Shown here piece after piece: positions 48,112 to 59,640 of a stretch of 64,000 nucleotides of DNA. The DNA is taken from the NCBI GenBank assembly GCA_020891255.1, contig BQFW01000004.1, forward strand, positions 2,294,001-2,358,000, in the 5' to 3' direction. The stretch comes from Entomortierella parvispora E1425. Taxonomy: Eukaryota > Fungi > Mortierellomycota. Both the position numbers and the translations under genes were made by a program. How positions within the stretch are numbered: the stretch's first letter is position 1; each line of letters starts with the position of its first letter. The notes below the pieces were generated by a model. It saw only the letters and a list, made by a program, of their open reading frames with translations, was not told the DNA's origin and ran no database searches.

Positions 48112-49499
48112 ATGTCCTACAACAAGGTTTGGTACAACCTGCGTCATGCATACTACTCTGCAAGCCAGCAGCAGCGTAAGAGGCTCTACATCGCCACGGT
48201 AGCAGGAGGCCTTGTCACTTTGCTTCTCCTGCAGATGTATGTATCCCGTCTCCGAAGTAGAGTCCACAAGGAACTGGATCTACTCTCATTACAACCACCT
48301 TCGACCGGCGCCACCTATTTTCAACGGAATCCCGACCCTGCCGTCTACAAAAGACCTTCCCAGATAGTAGGCTTTTGCAACAATCTCCCAATTGTCCGTC
48401 ACCCGAGAGGCATCCTGATCACGAGGAAGACCAAGGACGAGCCTTTGAGGATCTTTCACTGGAAGCAATGGAGCTATGGGCAGGTCGTCGACTGGCAAAA
48501 GGAATCCAGATCAAGGACCCCTCGCTCCCTCGATGGGGAACTGGGTATGCACCCTGCTTTTTCTGGAGAGCCAATTACCAGACCACTACCGAGGATAGGA
48601 CTGGAAGCTGCACAACACCCACTTATGGTGAACTTGACTATGTCGTTACCATGAACTATACCACATTTGCAGATGCCGACATTATCTTTATGGACTATCC
48701 CTTTTTCGACTTTCGAATCCAGCAACCTCCCTATTTCGATATGAGGCGGTTCCCACCTCGAGTCGCGCATCAGCGATGGGTCTTTCAGTTTGGTCAAGAG
48801 TCAGTGGGCTACTTCAACTTTGTGGGTCTCAAGTCATACCTTCAGCAATTCGACTTTTTGATTGGAAGCCCGCCTTCACTGATGGATCTTCCTCTGCCGC
48901 TCTACGCCATCACAAAGGAACGTGCAATGGAATTGGCGGATGTTCGCCCTTCATTCCCGGCGGACAGAAAGCCAGAGCACTTGATTGCCTTCATGGTCTC
49001 CAATTGTGATGGACTCAACAATCGCAACCACTTGATGCATTACTTGGTCAAGCACCTTGGAGCGCACTCTTACGGCCATTGCCTCCGCAACACCGAGATC
49101 CCAAAGGAGCTGGAGGATGCAGAGAAGGAGGGCAGGATGTCTTGGGATGAAGTCAAGCGCAAGACGTTGGCCACATATCCCTTTATCCTCGCAGCCGAGA
49201 ACTCAAATTGTGTTGGATACATCACGGAAAAGATTTACGACGCATTGGCTGTAGGAGCCATCCCTGTATACATGGGTGCACCAGACATTGCGAATTTCGT
49301 CCCCGAGGGATCCTATATCGACGCTTCAAGTTTCAGGAGCCACGAGGATTTGGTCCAATACCTCGAGCGCGTGGACCGAGAGTCCTTTTATCGATGGAAG
49401 TCCATTGTAAAGCAGGATCCTACCAAGTTCTGTAAGAGCTGCTTCACTGTACCGACCGCGATGGAATGCAACATCATGAACAATGTTCGCTTTGTATAA
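48112..49499 (+). CDS. GT10 alpha-1,3-fucosyltransferase, with an apparent frameshift near 48500
   Basis: Type II TM anchor LYIATVAGGLVTLLLLQMYV. IAFMVSNC and GT10 motif YPFILAAENSNCVGYITEKIYDALAVGAIPVYMG, GSYIDASSF. The N-terminal and catalytic parts lie in different frames with no plausible intron between them. Confidence 0.88.
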
Positions 49500-49594
49500 C
49501 CCCCAAAAACTCATAGATAAATGTATCATAATACAACATTGCGCTCTTGTTATTTTTCTATTTTTTTTTATTTTCTCTTTATCTGTGAGTGGGA

Positions 49595-51660
49595 CTATCG
49601 TCTTGCTGACCGAGAGCTGCCACCTGGTTTTGAGCTGGAAGAATAATGACTGGCATCGGTGCTACGTCTTGCCCAACGCCTCATCTCACTTGTGAGCTCT
49701 CGGTCATCCTGTGCACTGTCCACGATCTGTGACATTTCATGCAAAGATCTGGCCTGCTCCTCTTCGCCCCATCCATATTGAACTAGTCCATGTTCGTCCA
49801 AGACAGAGGGTGCAGGTGATGCCACCTCGAGCTCTCTCGACATGGCTCGGACAATGCTCTTGGTTTCAGCATCGATCAAGGCTCCACTCCTTTGCATCTC
49901 TTTCAAGACCTCCAAGCAGCCTGCGGCATCTTGCCAACTATCCCATCGACATTTGATCAGGGCCTTGAAGGACTCTGTTCTGACAGCACGAATAAAGACT
50001 GAGAGGCCCTGTCGACGCGTGTGCTCTACCAGCGCATTCCCCAGCCATGGGTGCAATGGTCTGTCCTGTGACTGAGGCTCGACACGAGATCCAAGTTCGG
50101 AAGCACCGAGTCGGGCTGAAGACGCTGCCAGGATCGCTTGGGACAAAAGAGCATCCAAACTCACGACCGAGGGCTTCACCTGTCCACTGGAATTAGTAGA
50201 AGACAATGTCTTTTCTACATATGGTGAGATCAACTCATCAACAAATTCCTTGACCTTGACGATGTCCTGTTGCTTGTCCTCCAGTTCCTTGCGCATTCGA
50301 ATGGCCACCTTGTTCTCGTCACGGATGGAAGCAAACAAAGAATTTTCTTGGGGAAGTGTCGCGTCCTTGTTCATCCAATCCTGAGGGCCAACTGTGCTCT
50401 CCATGACTTGGAAGCTAGATGTTTTTGGTTTGCGCTCCAAGTAGATGGGGTCCACGCGCTTAGAAAGACTCTCGACTTGCCGGCGAAGGACTTGCATGGG
50501 ATCTTCATTTTCGGTGGACGAAGTCTCTGAGCTGATAGTGCCATCACCACTGCCAAGAAGGGACTCGTTATTGTTGTCGTCGAGGGTATGCTCCACTCCT
50601 GTGCGATTGAAATTGGAAAACAAGGACTGGACTCTAGAGCCTGGATTATCCCTGTTGACGGGCTTTTTCTCAAACAAAGATGAGAACAGCGCTTTGAATG
50701 CATCCCTTTCAGCAGATTTCAACCTAGGGTCCTTCCATCGATCCAGAGATACTCGGCCATCCGAGGTCATAGTCGTAGAGTCTCCTTCTCTTTCAGTTGC
50801 TGAATCTGAGGTGGCAGAAGAGGTGGAAGCCAAGCGGTGGTCGGAAATGGTTGGAAAGAGATTTGAACCTCCAGGTATCGTATCCAGCATTTCTGCTGGT
50901 GAAGTGGAAGGGGAATCCGCCTTTCCCTCTTCCTTTTTGCTCGTCTCCTTCAAATCGCCTTCGTCAAAGAGAAACTTCCATGATTCTGTCACTTTTTTAG
51001 CCGTCTCTGCACTTTCTGGAGTGGTTGCCGTGGTGGCTGCACCTGCTGCCCCCTCTCTTAGGCCATGCGACGATGAAGTGGTATTCCTGCTGGTGGTGTC
51101 CTTTCCTAATTGAAGCTTCTCGAAGAGTCGATGGATCTTTTCTGCCCCTGTCTGAGATGTTTGGTTGAGTTGGGCTTCTTGTTCCATTTGGAGCCTCTTC
51201 TTCTTTTCTCGTCGACTGGCTCGGATGCCGACCTCAACCGAGGGTTTAAGATTGAACTTTTTGTAAAAGTCCTCCTTTGCCTGATTTGCCGAAGAACCGT
51301 CATTGGTTATTGCAGCAGGGTTTGCTGCCAACGTTGTGGAGTCTGTGGTAGAAGGAGAGTCATTTTCTTTGCCGGCTGCGGTGGCAGTATCGCTGCTGTT
51401 GCTGTTGCTGCTGTTGGTATTGCCTTCGGCACCTTCAGTTATGGAGGAAGAAGAAGTTGCCAAGGATCGGGAAAGTGGGCGAAGCAATGGTCTGTTTGGG
51501 CATATCGTCCGTTGGACTATTATAAATGGAAAGAGAGTAAGTCGTGGTTCAATTGAATTGCTTTTCTTCATTGACCGCCCCTTTGTGGCCATTCGAATGA
51601 GGGGTAATGCTCGCTACCTGGCTGCAGAGCTCTGCAATGGGATATCCGCATGGCGCTCAT
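49595..51660 (-). CDS. Mitochondrial Mtf2-like protein, 2 exons
   Basis: Presequence-like MSAMRISHCRALQP|VQRTICPNRPLLRPLSRSLATS. ERDAFKALFSSLF and C-terminal LIKCRWDSWQD...VLKEMQRSGALIDAET resemble the Mtf2 C-terminal domain. Confidence 0.72.
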
Positions 51661-53028
51661 GGTCTTTCGAGAAGGGAGTAAAGAGATCACTTTGTCCGAA
51701 TGCCGTGTTTACAGCCACAGTGTGAAAATGTGACTGCCTTCGACAAGGTTTCGAGGCTTTTGGTGGCGCCAATGCACCCCATGGATCCAGGACGCTTTTG
51801 CTCCTGTCGATCGTCCTGTTGAGGCCCGTGTATCTGTCTGCCTGTCCTTGCCCCGCAAACCATGCCTTGTCGATGCAAGTGCGATTGAAAATTAACCCAC
51901 CAACGGTCAAAGAGACCTCCCTGCGTGTCCTCCCTCCCTCAATGCAAGATTAGACCAACGGATCCTGTCTCCAAGCTTGTTGGACCAAAGAGAACCAACC
52001 CCTGTCTCCTCTTTGAAGAATGGGTGATGATCGCCCATCAACACTTGGTTTCGGTCGCACTAGCGGACGGCACAGTATGCATAGCAATTGAGCTGCTCAG
52101 TCGCGCCTCGTGTCTTTCGAGTCGATAGAGTCTTGTGCTGCTGTGCCAAGTTTGGTTGATTGGATAGGATGGATGTTCAATGGGTCGAAGAGGGTGGACG
52201 TGACCTCCGCGTCGACAGGAGAGAGAAGGTTTAAAAAAAGGGAAGCACAAAAGCTGATCACGCCCTGCAACAGCACGCTGCTCTGACGGAAGAAGTTGAT
52301 TGTTCCCTCCTCATCCTCCTCCTTTTTCTCTCCGCTCTATCTTTTCTTGCCTTCACGCCTTTGTCCTTCCGTCCTTCCTTTGCCTCACTTACTCACTTAC
52401 CTCCCATTCACTTTCACTTTCACTTTCACTCCTTGATATTTTACTATGTTCACTCGTTCTTGAACAGAACATGGAATTGGCCCATTTTTGACAGACACCG
52501 CTGCCCTTACTATCCTAAACCCGGTTACCGCAGTGACCAGCTTTGCCGCCCCTCGTTATAAACACTTTTTTTCTACGTTCAGTCACCTTCACGGCCTTTC
52601 CCCCTTTAGTTGGACACGACACAATCCTACACCTCCTGTGCTGAACTGTGTCTCCTCTCTTTCTCTCACCACCTCCTTCACAGCTGTTCCTGCTTCAAGT
52701 ATCAAGTCACAGCCGACGACGTCCGCGACCACGATTACACGTTTTTTTTCTGCCTCTTTCTCATTTCTGTTGCTTCAGTCTAGCTTCCATCAATTTTTGT
52801 TCGTTCGTCGCTACTCCTGTCTCTGCCTCCTTCCTCTCACTCTCACTCTTCAACATAACGACTGCATTTTGGCCCGAGAAGTATTTCATTGGACTTTGTT
52901 ATCGACAACGACTAGAACGATCAGACAGTGCAATTTAAGAAACAGATACGAACGACACCGCCTCCGCCACCCTGCACGCCACAGGACCAAAACTCATCCC
53001 CTATACACAATAGAAAGAAAAAAAAGCA

Positions 53029-56000
53029 ATGGCCCTTACCCTATCGGAGCCTGTTTGGGTCGAAATAACGGACCCAGAATCACGGAACACTTTTTACGCC
53101 AATCTGGTACGTCCAACACGCGCCTTTGAACCTCACCAATGATCAGTGCCTGCTTCTCATTCTCCTGATGCATCAACCGAATGACCATTCCCATTGACCA
53201 AGAAGAGCTGCTATTTTTTTAGGCAAGTGGGGAGTGCGGTTGGTCCCTACCAGAAGGAGCCGTGATGTAAGTGACGATCGGAAGCAGGCGTGGCAACACC
53301 ACGCGTGTTTGGTTCCTAGGCTCCCAAGCTCGCATCAACTGTTAATTAATGCACTCGTTCTGGTTTATTCTTGGGTTCTCTCCAAAAAGTCAAAGCCGGG
53401 ATCCCGCAGGCGAGTGGTGGGAGCTTTTTGACGACATGCACAACCTCCCATACTACTACAACACAGAGACGGGTCAGACAGAGTGGGAGCGACCGCAGGA
53501 TAGCACGAGCATCATCTCCTTGACTGCCATTCAAGTAAGAGGGGTTCCTTCCTTGTATCTCGTCTGACCGCGTTTTGAACATACCCCGTTTTCATTCTTT
53601 ATTCGTGTCGTTGAAGAGGGGAGAGTATACTAAAATGTCCCTGCTTGATCTTTTGATAGAAATCCGTTATTGGCCAAAGACTCTCACTTCATCTCTCTGC
53701 GGCTGTGGCTGCTGTGGGACCTCAGGATCCTGCTACAGCCATAGACAGACGGAACATCGAAAGACTGGCCATTGCACCTGCGGGCGCAGCCGTCGGCAGT
53801 ATTCACGGCAGTAATGGCACGCATGTCACCAGCCTCATCAGTCCGATTAGTCCAGTCAGTCCGTCCAAGGAGACATCGAAACAAGCAGACGTCGTGCCTA
53901 TAAATACTGCTCGGGATGCCTCTTCGCCCACCTTTCAGACAAAGGATACAGGGATAGACATCATGCCGGCCACCGAAACGTCCCCTCCAGTCTCACCCAC
54001 CTCTGTTGGATCAGGATTTAGAGATATTGCCAGCTGGAGAAACAGATCCAAGAATGGCCAACATCAGCAGCAACAGCAACCGCAAACTCCCTCAACCAAT
54101 TCATTTGTCTCTACATTTCAAAGGGCCGCATCTCTCACCTTGAATAGACACACGGCCGTTTCAGGAAGTCAACCAGTGCCTATCCCAACTCGACCCCGTT
54201 CCGCTTTCCCCAACCCTGCCATACCGCTCTCAACCTCTCATCCACCAACGTCTTCCAGAGCTAATGGAACTTCAGGGAATGGGTTCCAGGACAACGGCAA
54301 CGGTGATGAGGCCCTCCAGCCAGCTCGCAAGAGCTTTCAGATTGCAGAGAGAGCTCGAAAGTTTGGCATTGGAGCGCCAATTGCAAACGATGAAGCAGCC
54401 AGAAAGATGTCACCGATGATCATGGAGCAACAGCAGGAGGCTCTTCGCAAAATGACTGTCAGTCCCCCACCTGCCTTTCGACCGCTGTCTGGGAAAGGAG
54501 ATGGCGTTCAGATCGTTCAACCCTACCATCCACAGATCGGTGGCAGTGTCTTCCCCCCAGGAACTCATCCCGCCTTACCAGCTGAGTTGAAGTCTTCGAT
54601 CTCTCAATTCAGGATTGCTGGGTTTGCTCAAAAGTACTTTTCAACCCACAAGAAGGGGCTCTTTCGACGCAAGGTGCCAATGGAAAAGATGTTGCTCCAT
54701 CAAAAGAGTCCACTCAGCCAACCCCTGATGGTCTTCAACAAGCGTGGGGTCCAGAAGGATGCATTGCGTTGTTTCAAAATCATTCAGAAGCTGATGGGGG
54801 AACGTAAAGGAAACGGATACGTTGGCCCGACCGGTGTGGAATTGGGAGAAACCTGTGTCGATCTCTCGATCCAGTCCGAGGAGGACATCAAGCTTGTCCT
54901 GGAATTGATAAAGAAGGGACTTGACCACGGCGAACTTCGGGACGAGATTTATGTACAGTTGTGCAAACAATTAACGGAGAATCCAAGCAGGTGCGTGAGC
55001 CACTTGTCTTTCCATCATCCATGACAAATCCATGCCATCAATGGCGCAACTTGTTAAGATTTTACTTTTCTAACATCGACTTTTTTTTTTTTTTTTTTTT
55101 TTTTGACTCTGTAGGGAAGGAAGTATCAAAGGATGGCACCTTTTTACAATCCTGCTCATTACGTTCTCCCCTTCCAAGAACTTGCATGATTATCTGGCGT
55201 CGTTTTTGAACCAGCATGCGACCACGTCTTTACACCCGATCCCAGTCATGGCCCAGCATTGTCATGACTTACTCCGCCGAATCAGCAAACGAGGATCTAG
55301 AGCCAAACAACTGACCTTGGTCGAAATTGCGCGAGCCCAGGAGGCTGCCTTCAGACCTAGTGTCTTTGAAGCGACCCTCGAGAAATTGATGAGCCGCCAG
55401 ATGGCTGCTGGTGGTGAATGGGCTGCATGGAGGGTTCCACGCCTGATGGTGTTCTTGAAGGAGAGCGTGGAGAAATTAGGAGGGCTGAAGACAGAAGGCA
55501 TCTTCCGAATCTCTGGCGATCTCGGTTCAGTGGCAGAGCTGGTTCGTTTACCTTGATAATGGCCTCGAAGACAGAAGAAATGAATCGGCTGATAAGCTTG
55601 CGCCTTTCTAACCTGCGAGAAAATGTCATATCTATTGCTTTCTTCTGTCAATATAGAGGGCAAGGATAGAGCTGGGCAACTATGACATTGGAAGTATCAC
55701 AGATCCCCATGTGCCATGCTCTTTGCTGCGACTCTGGATACGTGATCTACCGGAACCTGTCATACCGTATGACCTATACCAGCAATGCATCCAAGGCTCC
55801 CAGGACAGAGACGCTGTTGCTAAGGTCATCACCATGTTGCCTCTTTGGCACAAGGAGATGATTGTGTATCTGGTGTCATTTTTGAAGGTATTTGAAGACG
55901 CGTACGTTTGGCAGCGGCATTCTTATTTTGCTAAGTCGCGTTTATTGATTTTCCGATAGACGTTTAATGATCCCAAAGTCAGAGAGGCAACCAAGATGAG

Positions 56001-56172
56001 TCTTTCCAATCTGGCGATGGTGTTTGCACCGACACTGCTGCAATGTTCAAGCGACGATGCCCCGATGCTAATGGGTCATTTACAGGCCGAGAGAGCCTTC
56101 GTTTCGACGCTGATCTCAGAAGTAGAACTTGCGGATGAAGATCTTCGCATCATTGGCGAAGCAACAGGTTGA
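53029..56172 (+). CDS. WW-WW-MyTH4-RhoGAP protein (ARHGAP39/Vilse-like), multi-exon
   Basis: WW motifs VWVEITDPESRNTFYAN and WWELFDDMHNLPYYYNTETGQTEWERP. MyTH4 ALRCFKIIQKLMG...ELRDEIYVQLCKQLTENP. RhoGAP KTEGIFRISG, SLLRLWIRDLPEP, KMSLSNLAMVFAPTLL. Confidence 0.92.
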
Positions 56173-57109
56173 AAAATATGTATAAAAGTTTGAACCTCTT
56201 CCATGCCCAGCCTCTCTCTTTGTTCTCATCAATTGCTCCTTTCCCTCTTTTCTTTCTTTTCCTCTTTCGCCTTCTCCTGTACCTCTCTATGTTCCTCCGT
56301 ATCTGGTGGTTGTGTGAAACCCACCGTTCTCCTCTGCTACCTCCTTTCCCCTTGGCTCTGCTGATGATGCTCACACATTCGTGAACGTACATCGGTGTGC
56401 GCCTAGATCTCGAGCTCATGCGCCTTGCACTCGACACCCAAACAGTCCTGAAAAGGTTGGATGCAGCCAGCAAGGCCGAAGGACAATAAGCAAAAACACG
56501 CCTTTTATTCTATCTGCAGTTTTTTTTTTTTTTTTTTTGTTGATCGGTACGTATACTCTTGCACTGAACTCTCCAAGTTCAAAAGTGCACGAAATGAATG
56601 AATGACAAAGCAACGCCACACCACGTTGCCTCGAAACAGAAAGCATGCGACGAGCGGCACAAAGGGGCAAAAAGAAAGAGGGGGGAGGGACCAGAAAGGG
56701 AGGTGGATTGGCCGAGTGGTTTGTCCATACGAGGCGAGGCGAGTCAGCCGTCTGTGGCTTGTGCCTAAAATAAACAAGTTGAGCTGCCTCACTCGTACGC
56801 TCCTCCATCCATCCATGTCCATCATCCCTCCCTCCCTCACTGCTCTTAGCCTCTGTACTCATCTCTCCATTCACTTTACTTGCTCGCTTGTTCGTTCGCT
56901 CATTGCCACCATTCTATTCACAGCCACAATTTCTCTCCACTCTTTTCACAGCAAACACCCGTGTCTCCGCACTCCAGCACTTCCAACCCGACCTCTTTAG
57001 TTGGTCTTCCTCCCCACTCACCCCACCTTTATCTCCACACCTCTTCCTTTCCACCAGTGCACTTCCTCTTTCTACCCTTGTGCTCCCGGGAAGCAAATAC
57101 AGTTCCACA

Positions 57110-59050
57110 ATGTCTTCGTCAAGTAGCCCCACGGCGACTACTTCACCACAGCTCTCCAAACGGAAACCTCGTCGGTCTGAGAAGCCCAACGAGAGCTGGT
57201 TCTTGATCCTGGTCAATGCCTTCAAAAGCAACTTTGAGGAGACCTTGACCTATCGAGAGTCAGAGCTCTATAACTGGATCATGCAGGCTTATCCTTACTA
57301 CCGCCATGACACCCATACAATGCAAACTAGTGTCAAGACTACCCTGAACTCCTACGAATGCTTCCGACAGAACGGCAGGAGTACCTGGACCTTCATCCCC
57401 AGGAGAGCTTTGGTTCATCTTGAGAGTCTCAAGTCTGAGGAAGGTCGTCGGGATAGTGAGGGCTCTGGTGATGAGGAGGATGAAGACATGGAAGAGGATG
57501 ATGACGAGGAGGAACAGAGCCAAGTCCTTGACCACACGCACACCGGAGGCCATGAAGGAACCCGGTACACACATCACCCGTCATATGACCAGCAGGATCA
57601 CCAACCACAGGACACAGCTGGGACAAGGATACGATATATTGACAGACACCTTGATCTACTGGATGCTGATTCACCAACCCTCTCAGCCGAGGAAATCCAA
57701 AGGTTCAAGCAAGAGCACTCTGGAGCGCAGTCAAGAAAGCTCAAGAGAAAGGCTTCGGGAGCGCACGCCAGTCGTCCTAGGACACGGTCACCGCCAGCAA
57801 GCCTCCAAGACGAGTGCAGCATGTCCATGGAAGCTTGGTGCAATCTCTTGGTGCAGATGTTTGAGGCTTCGCCCAAACAAAAGACAATCAGGGAAATTTA
57901 CGCTTGGGTCCACGACAACTACCCGATCTATCAGAATGCCCCAGGGGATGCCTGGCAAGCTGACTTGACTGCTGCTTTGGAATCGAACCCATTGTTCCGA
58001 GCCATGGGACGTGGCCGATGGCAGATGGCGACCCAACCGGTCCAACCAGTAGTGGTTGTGAATGGCTCTGCAGCCTCGGGAAGCAACAACCCATCAGTCA
58101 AGGCGGAAGACGACAATGCAACAGACAGCCCTTCAGTAACTGAGGATGAGGATTGGAAGGCAATTGGATCGAAACGACTTTTGAACTTTTCCTTCCGGCG
58201 TTACTCGATCGCTACCGATACTTTCCCCAAGAATCACTACAAAGTCGGATCAACCATGCCCGCCAACTCTAACCTTCAGTCCCAACCTCCGACGTCTATC
58301 AGTACTTCCAGTGCCACAATTGCGACTGCTTCCAGCTCTGCTGTAAACCCTTTGACGGCGACGACTTCTGGAGGAATGCTTCTTTCAACGCCTTACTCAA
58401 ATACTGGACGACGCTTCTCATCGTATCATCAACCGACACCCAAGAACTCGCCTCCGCTCTCGGCTACGACCGTAGGATTGCCATCGATAGAAGAATTTGG
58501 CTCCCGCCTAAGGAATGCTCTTTCCGAGGAGACGGACGACGAAGATGACCCTGCGAAACGGTATATGGCGCCATTGCAGAGTGCCATCACGTCTGCAGTA
58601 TTTGCTCTTCAGTCTGAATCAGGGCAATTGAAGAAGGAGCCAGACCAGGATCAAAAGGCTACCCTGACGACCACTGCCTCACATTCGCCTCGCCACCATC
58701 CTCATCACCACCATAACGATAATTATGACCATTCACGGCAGGACGATCAACGGAGGCCGCCCATCGTTGTTCATGAGACCGGCAGCTCATCGAGCCACCC
58801 ACCATACCCGGCTCAGTACCAGCACCACGCTCCTCCTCCTCAGAACTACCTCTCGTCCGCATCTGGCCATCCTCTGCACAATCAAGAGGCTGGAAAGGAT
58901 ATGCCACCAGAAACAGGAGCTTCGGCAACGACCGTAGTACCGGCCGCACGGGTCGAGCCTGAGATTGTAATACCAAACGGTGAAGATCTAGCTTCGGACC
59001 AAATGGATGCAATCCAGGCGTTAGCTCTGCTCTGCGGCGGAGGGGTATAG
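57110..59050 (+). CDS. Intronless protein with two divergent forkhead/winged-helix domains
   Basis: KPNESWFLILVNAF...SELYNWIMQAYPYYR...QTSVKTTLNSYECF...W and SMEAWCNLLVQMF...TIREIYAWVHDNYPIYQ...AWQADLTAALESNPLF...W both follow the forkhead H1-H2-H3 layout. Confidence 0.75.
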   Translation: MSSSSSPTATTSPQLSKRKPRRSEKPNESWFLILVNAFKSNFEETLTYRESELYNWIMQAYPYYRHDTHTMQTSVKTTLNSYECFRQNGRSTWTFIPRRALVHLESLKSEEGRRDSEGSGDEEDEDMEEDDDEEEQSQVLDHTHTGGHEGTRYTHHPSYDQQDHQPQDTAGTRIRYIDRHLDLLDADSPTLSAEEIQRFKQEHSGAQSRKLKRKASGAHASRPRTRSPPASLQDECSMSMEAWCNLLVQMFEASPKQKTIREIYAWVHDNYPIYQNAPGDAWQADLTAALESNPLFRAMGRGRWQMATQPVQPVVVVNGSAASGSNNPSVKAEDDNATDSPSVTEDEDWKAIGSKRLLNFSFRRYSIATDTFPKNHYKVGSTMPANSNLQSQPPTSISTSSATIATASSSAVNPLTATTSGGMLLSTPYSNTGRRFSSYHQPTPKNSPPLSATTVGLPSIEEFGSRLRNALSEETDDEDDPAKRYMAPLQSAITSAVFALQSESGQLKKEPDQDQKATLTTTASHSPRHHPHHHHNDNYDHSRQDDQRRPPIVVHETGSSSSHPPYPAQYQHHAPPPQNYLSSASGHPLHNQEAGKDMPPETGASATTVVPAARVEPEIVIPNGEDLASDQMDAIQALALLCGGGV

Positions 59051-59640
59051 AGTCTCTATCCCTTTTTATTCTTTTTTTTTCTTGCTCTTTATCGCCTTCA
59101 GTCAGCATCTTGCTTCAGCAGCGTATGTGACTCTATACCGTTTCCAAAATCCCACCAAAAAAAAGTCGCCTTCATTGCACCAGCCAGCACCAAACAAGAA
59201 CCACGATCCAGACCATCCAATTAGAGGATGTGCAAATAAAGAATAAAAGATGAAACGTCACCGTATTTTTAATTGATGCGCCCCTTACGCGCCCCTTCCC
59301 AAGATGCCGCCAGCTGCATCAGATTGATTGGATCCGCATTCACTGGTTCCGCGCTTTTATTATTTTGTCCATTCCACAACTCCTTCAACCCGCCCTCCTT
59401 TTCTGTGCTGGACTGGACGCTTGCCCCCGTCATCCTCAGCCTACCTTCAACATCATCTCAAGTCAAGCCAAGCAAAGCCTACTTGCGCCTCCTTGCCCTC
59501 GTGCCAAGACTTAATTGCAAACGCACACCTGCCCAACTCCTCACCTTCCCCCCTTCCGCACACGCGTCTTGTCATCTGTCAGGACATCAACCAACGCTTT
59601 GAGCACCAGCTCCTTTTTACCATCTTCTGGCTCTGCAGCA

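Noticed and set aside
48490-48560. Programmed -1 ribosomal frameshift in GT10
   Set aside because: No X_XXY_YYZ slippery heptamer and no obvious downstream stimulator; an indel is more parsimonious.
35433-49499. UXS1 and GT10 as a glycan biosynthesis cluster
   Set aside because: They are 11 kb apart, separated by unrelated housekeeping genes, and use different sugars (xylose vs fucose).
51614-52938. Short ORFs and a small hairpin (TGGGTGA/TCGCCCA) between MTF2-like and RhoGAP genes
   Set aside because: Typical divergent promoter and leader sequence; a 7-bp hairpin is expected by chance.
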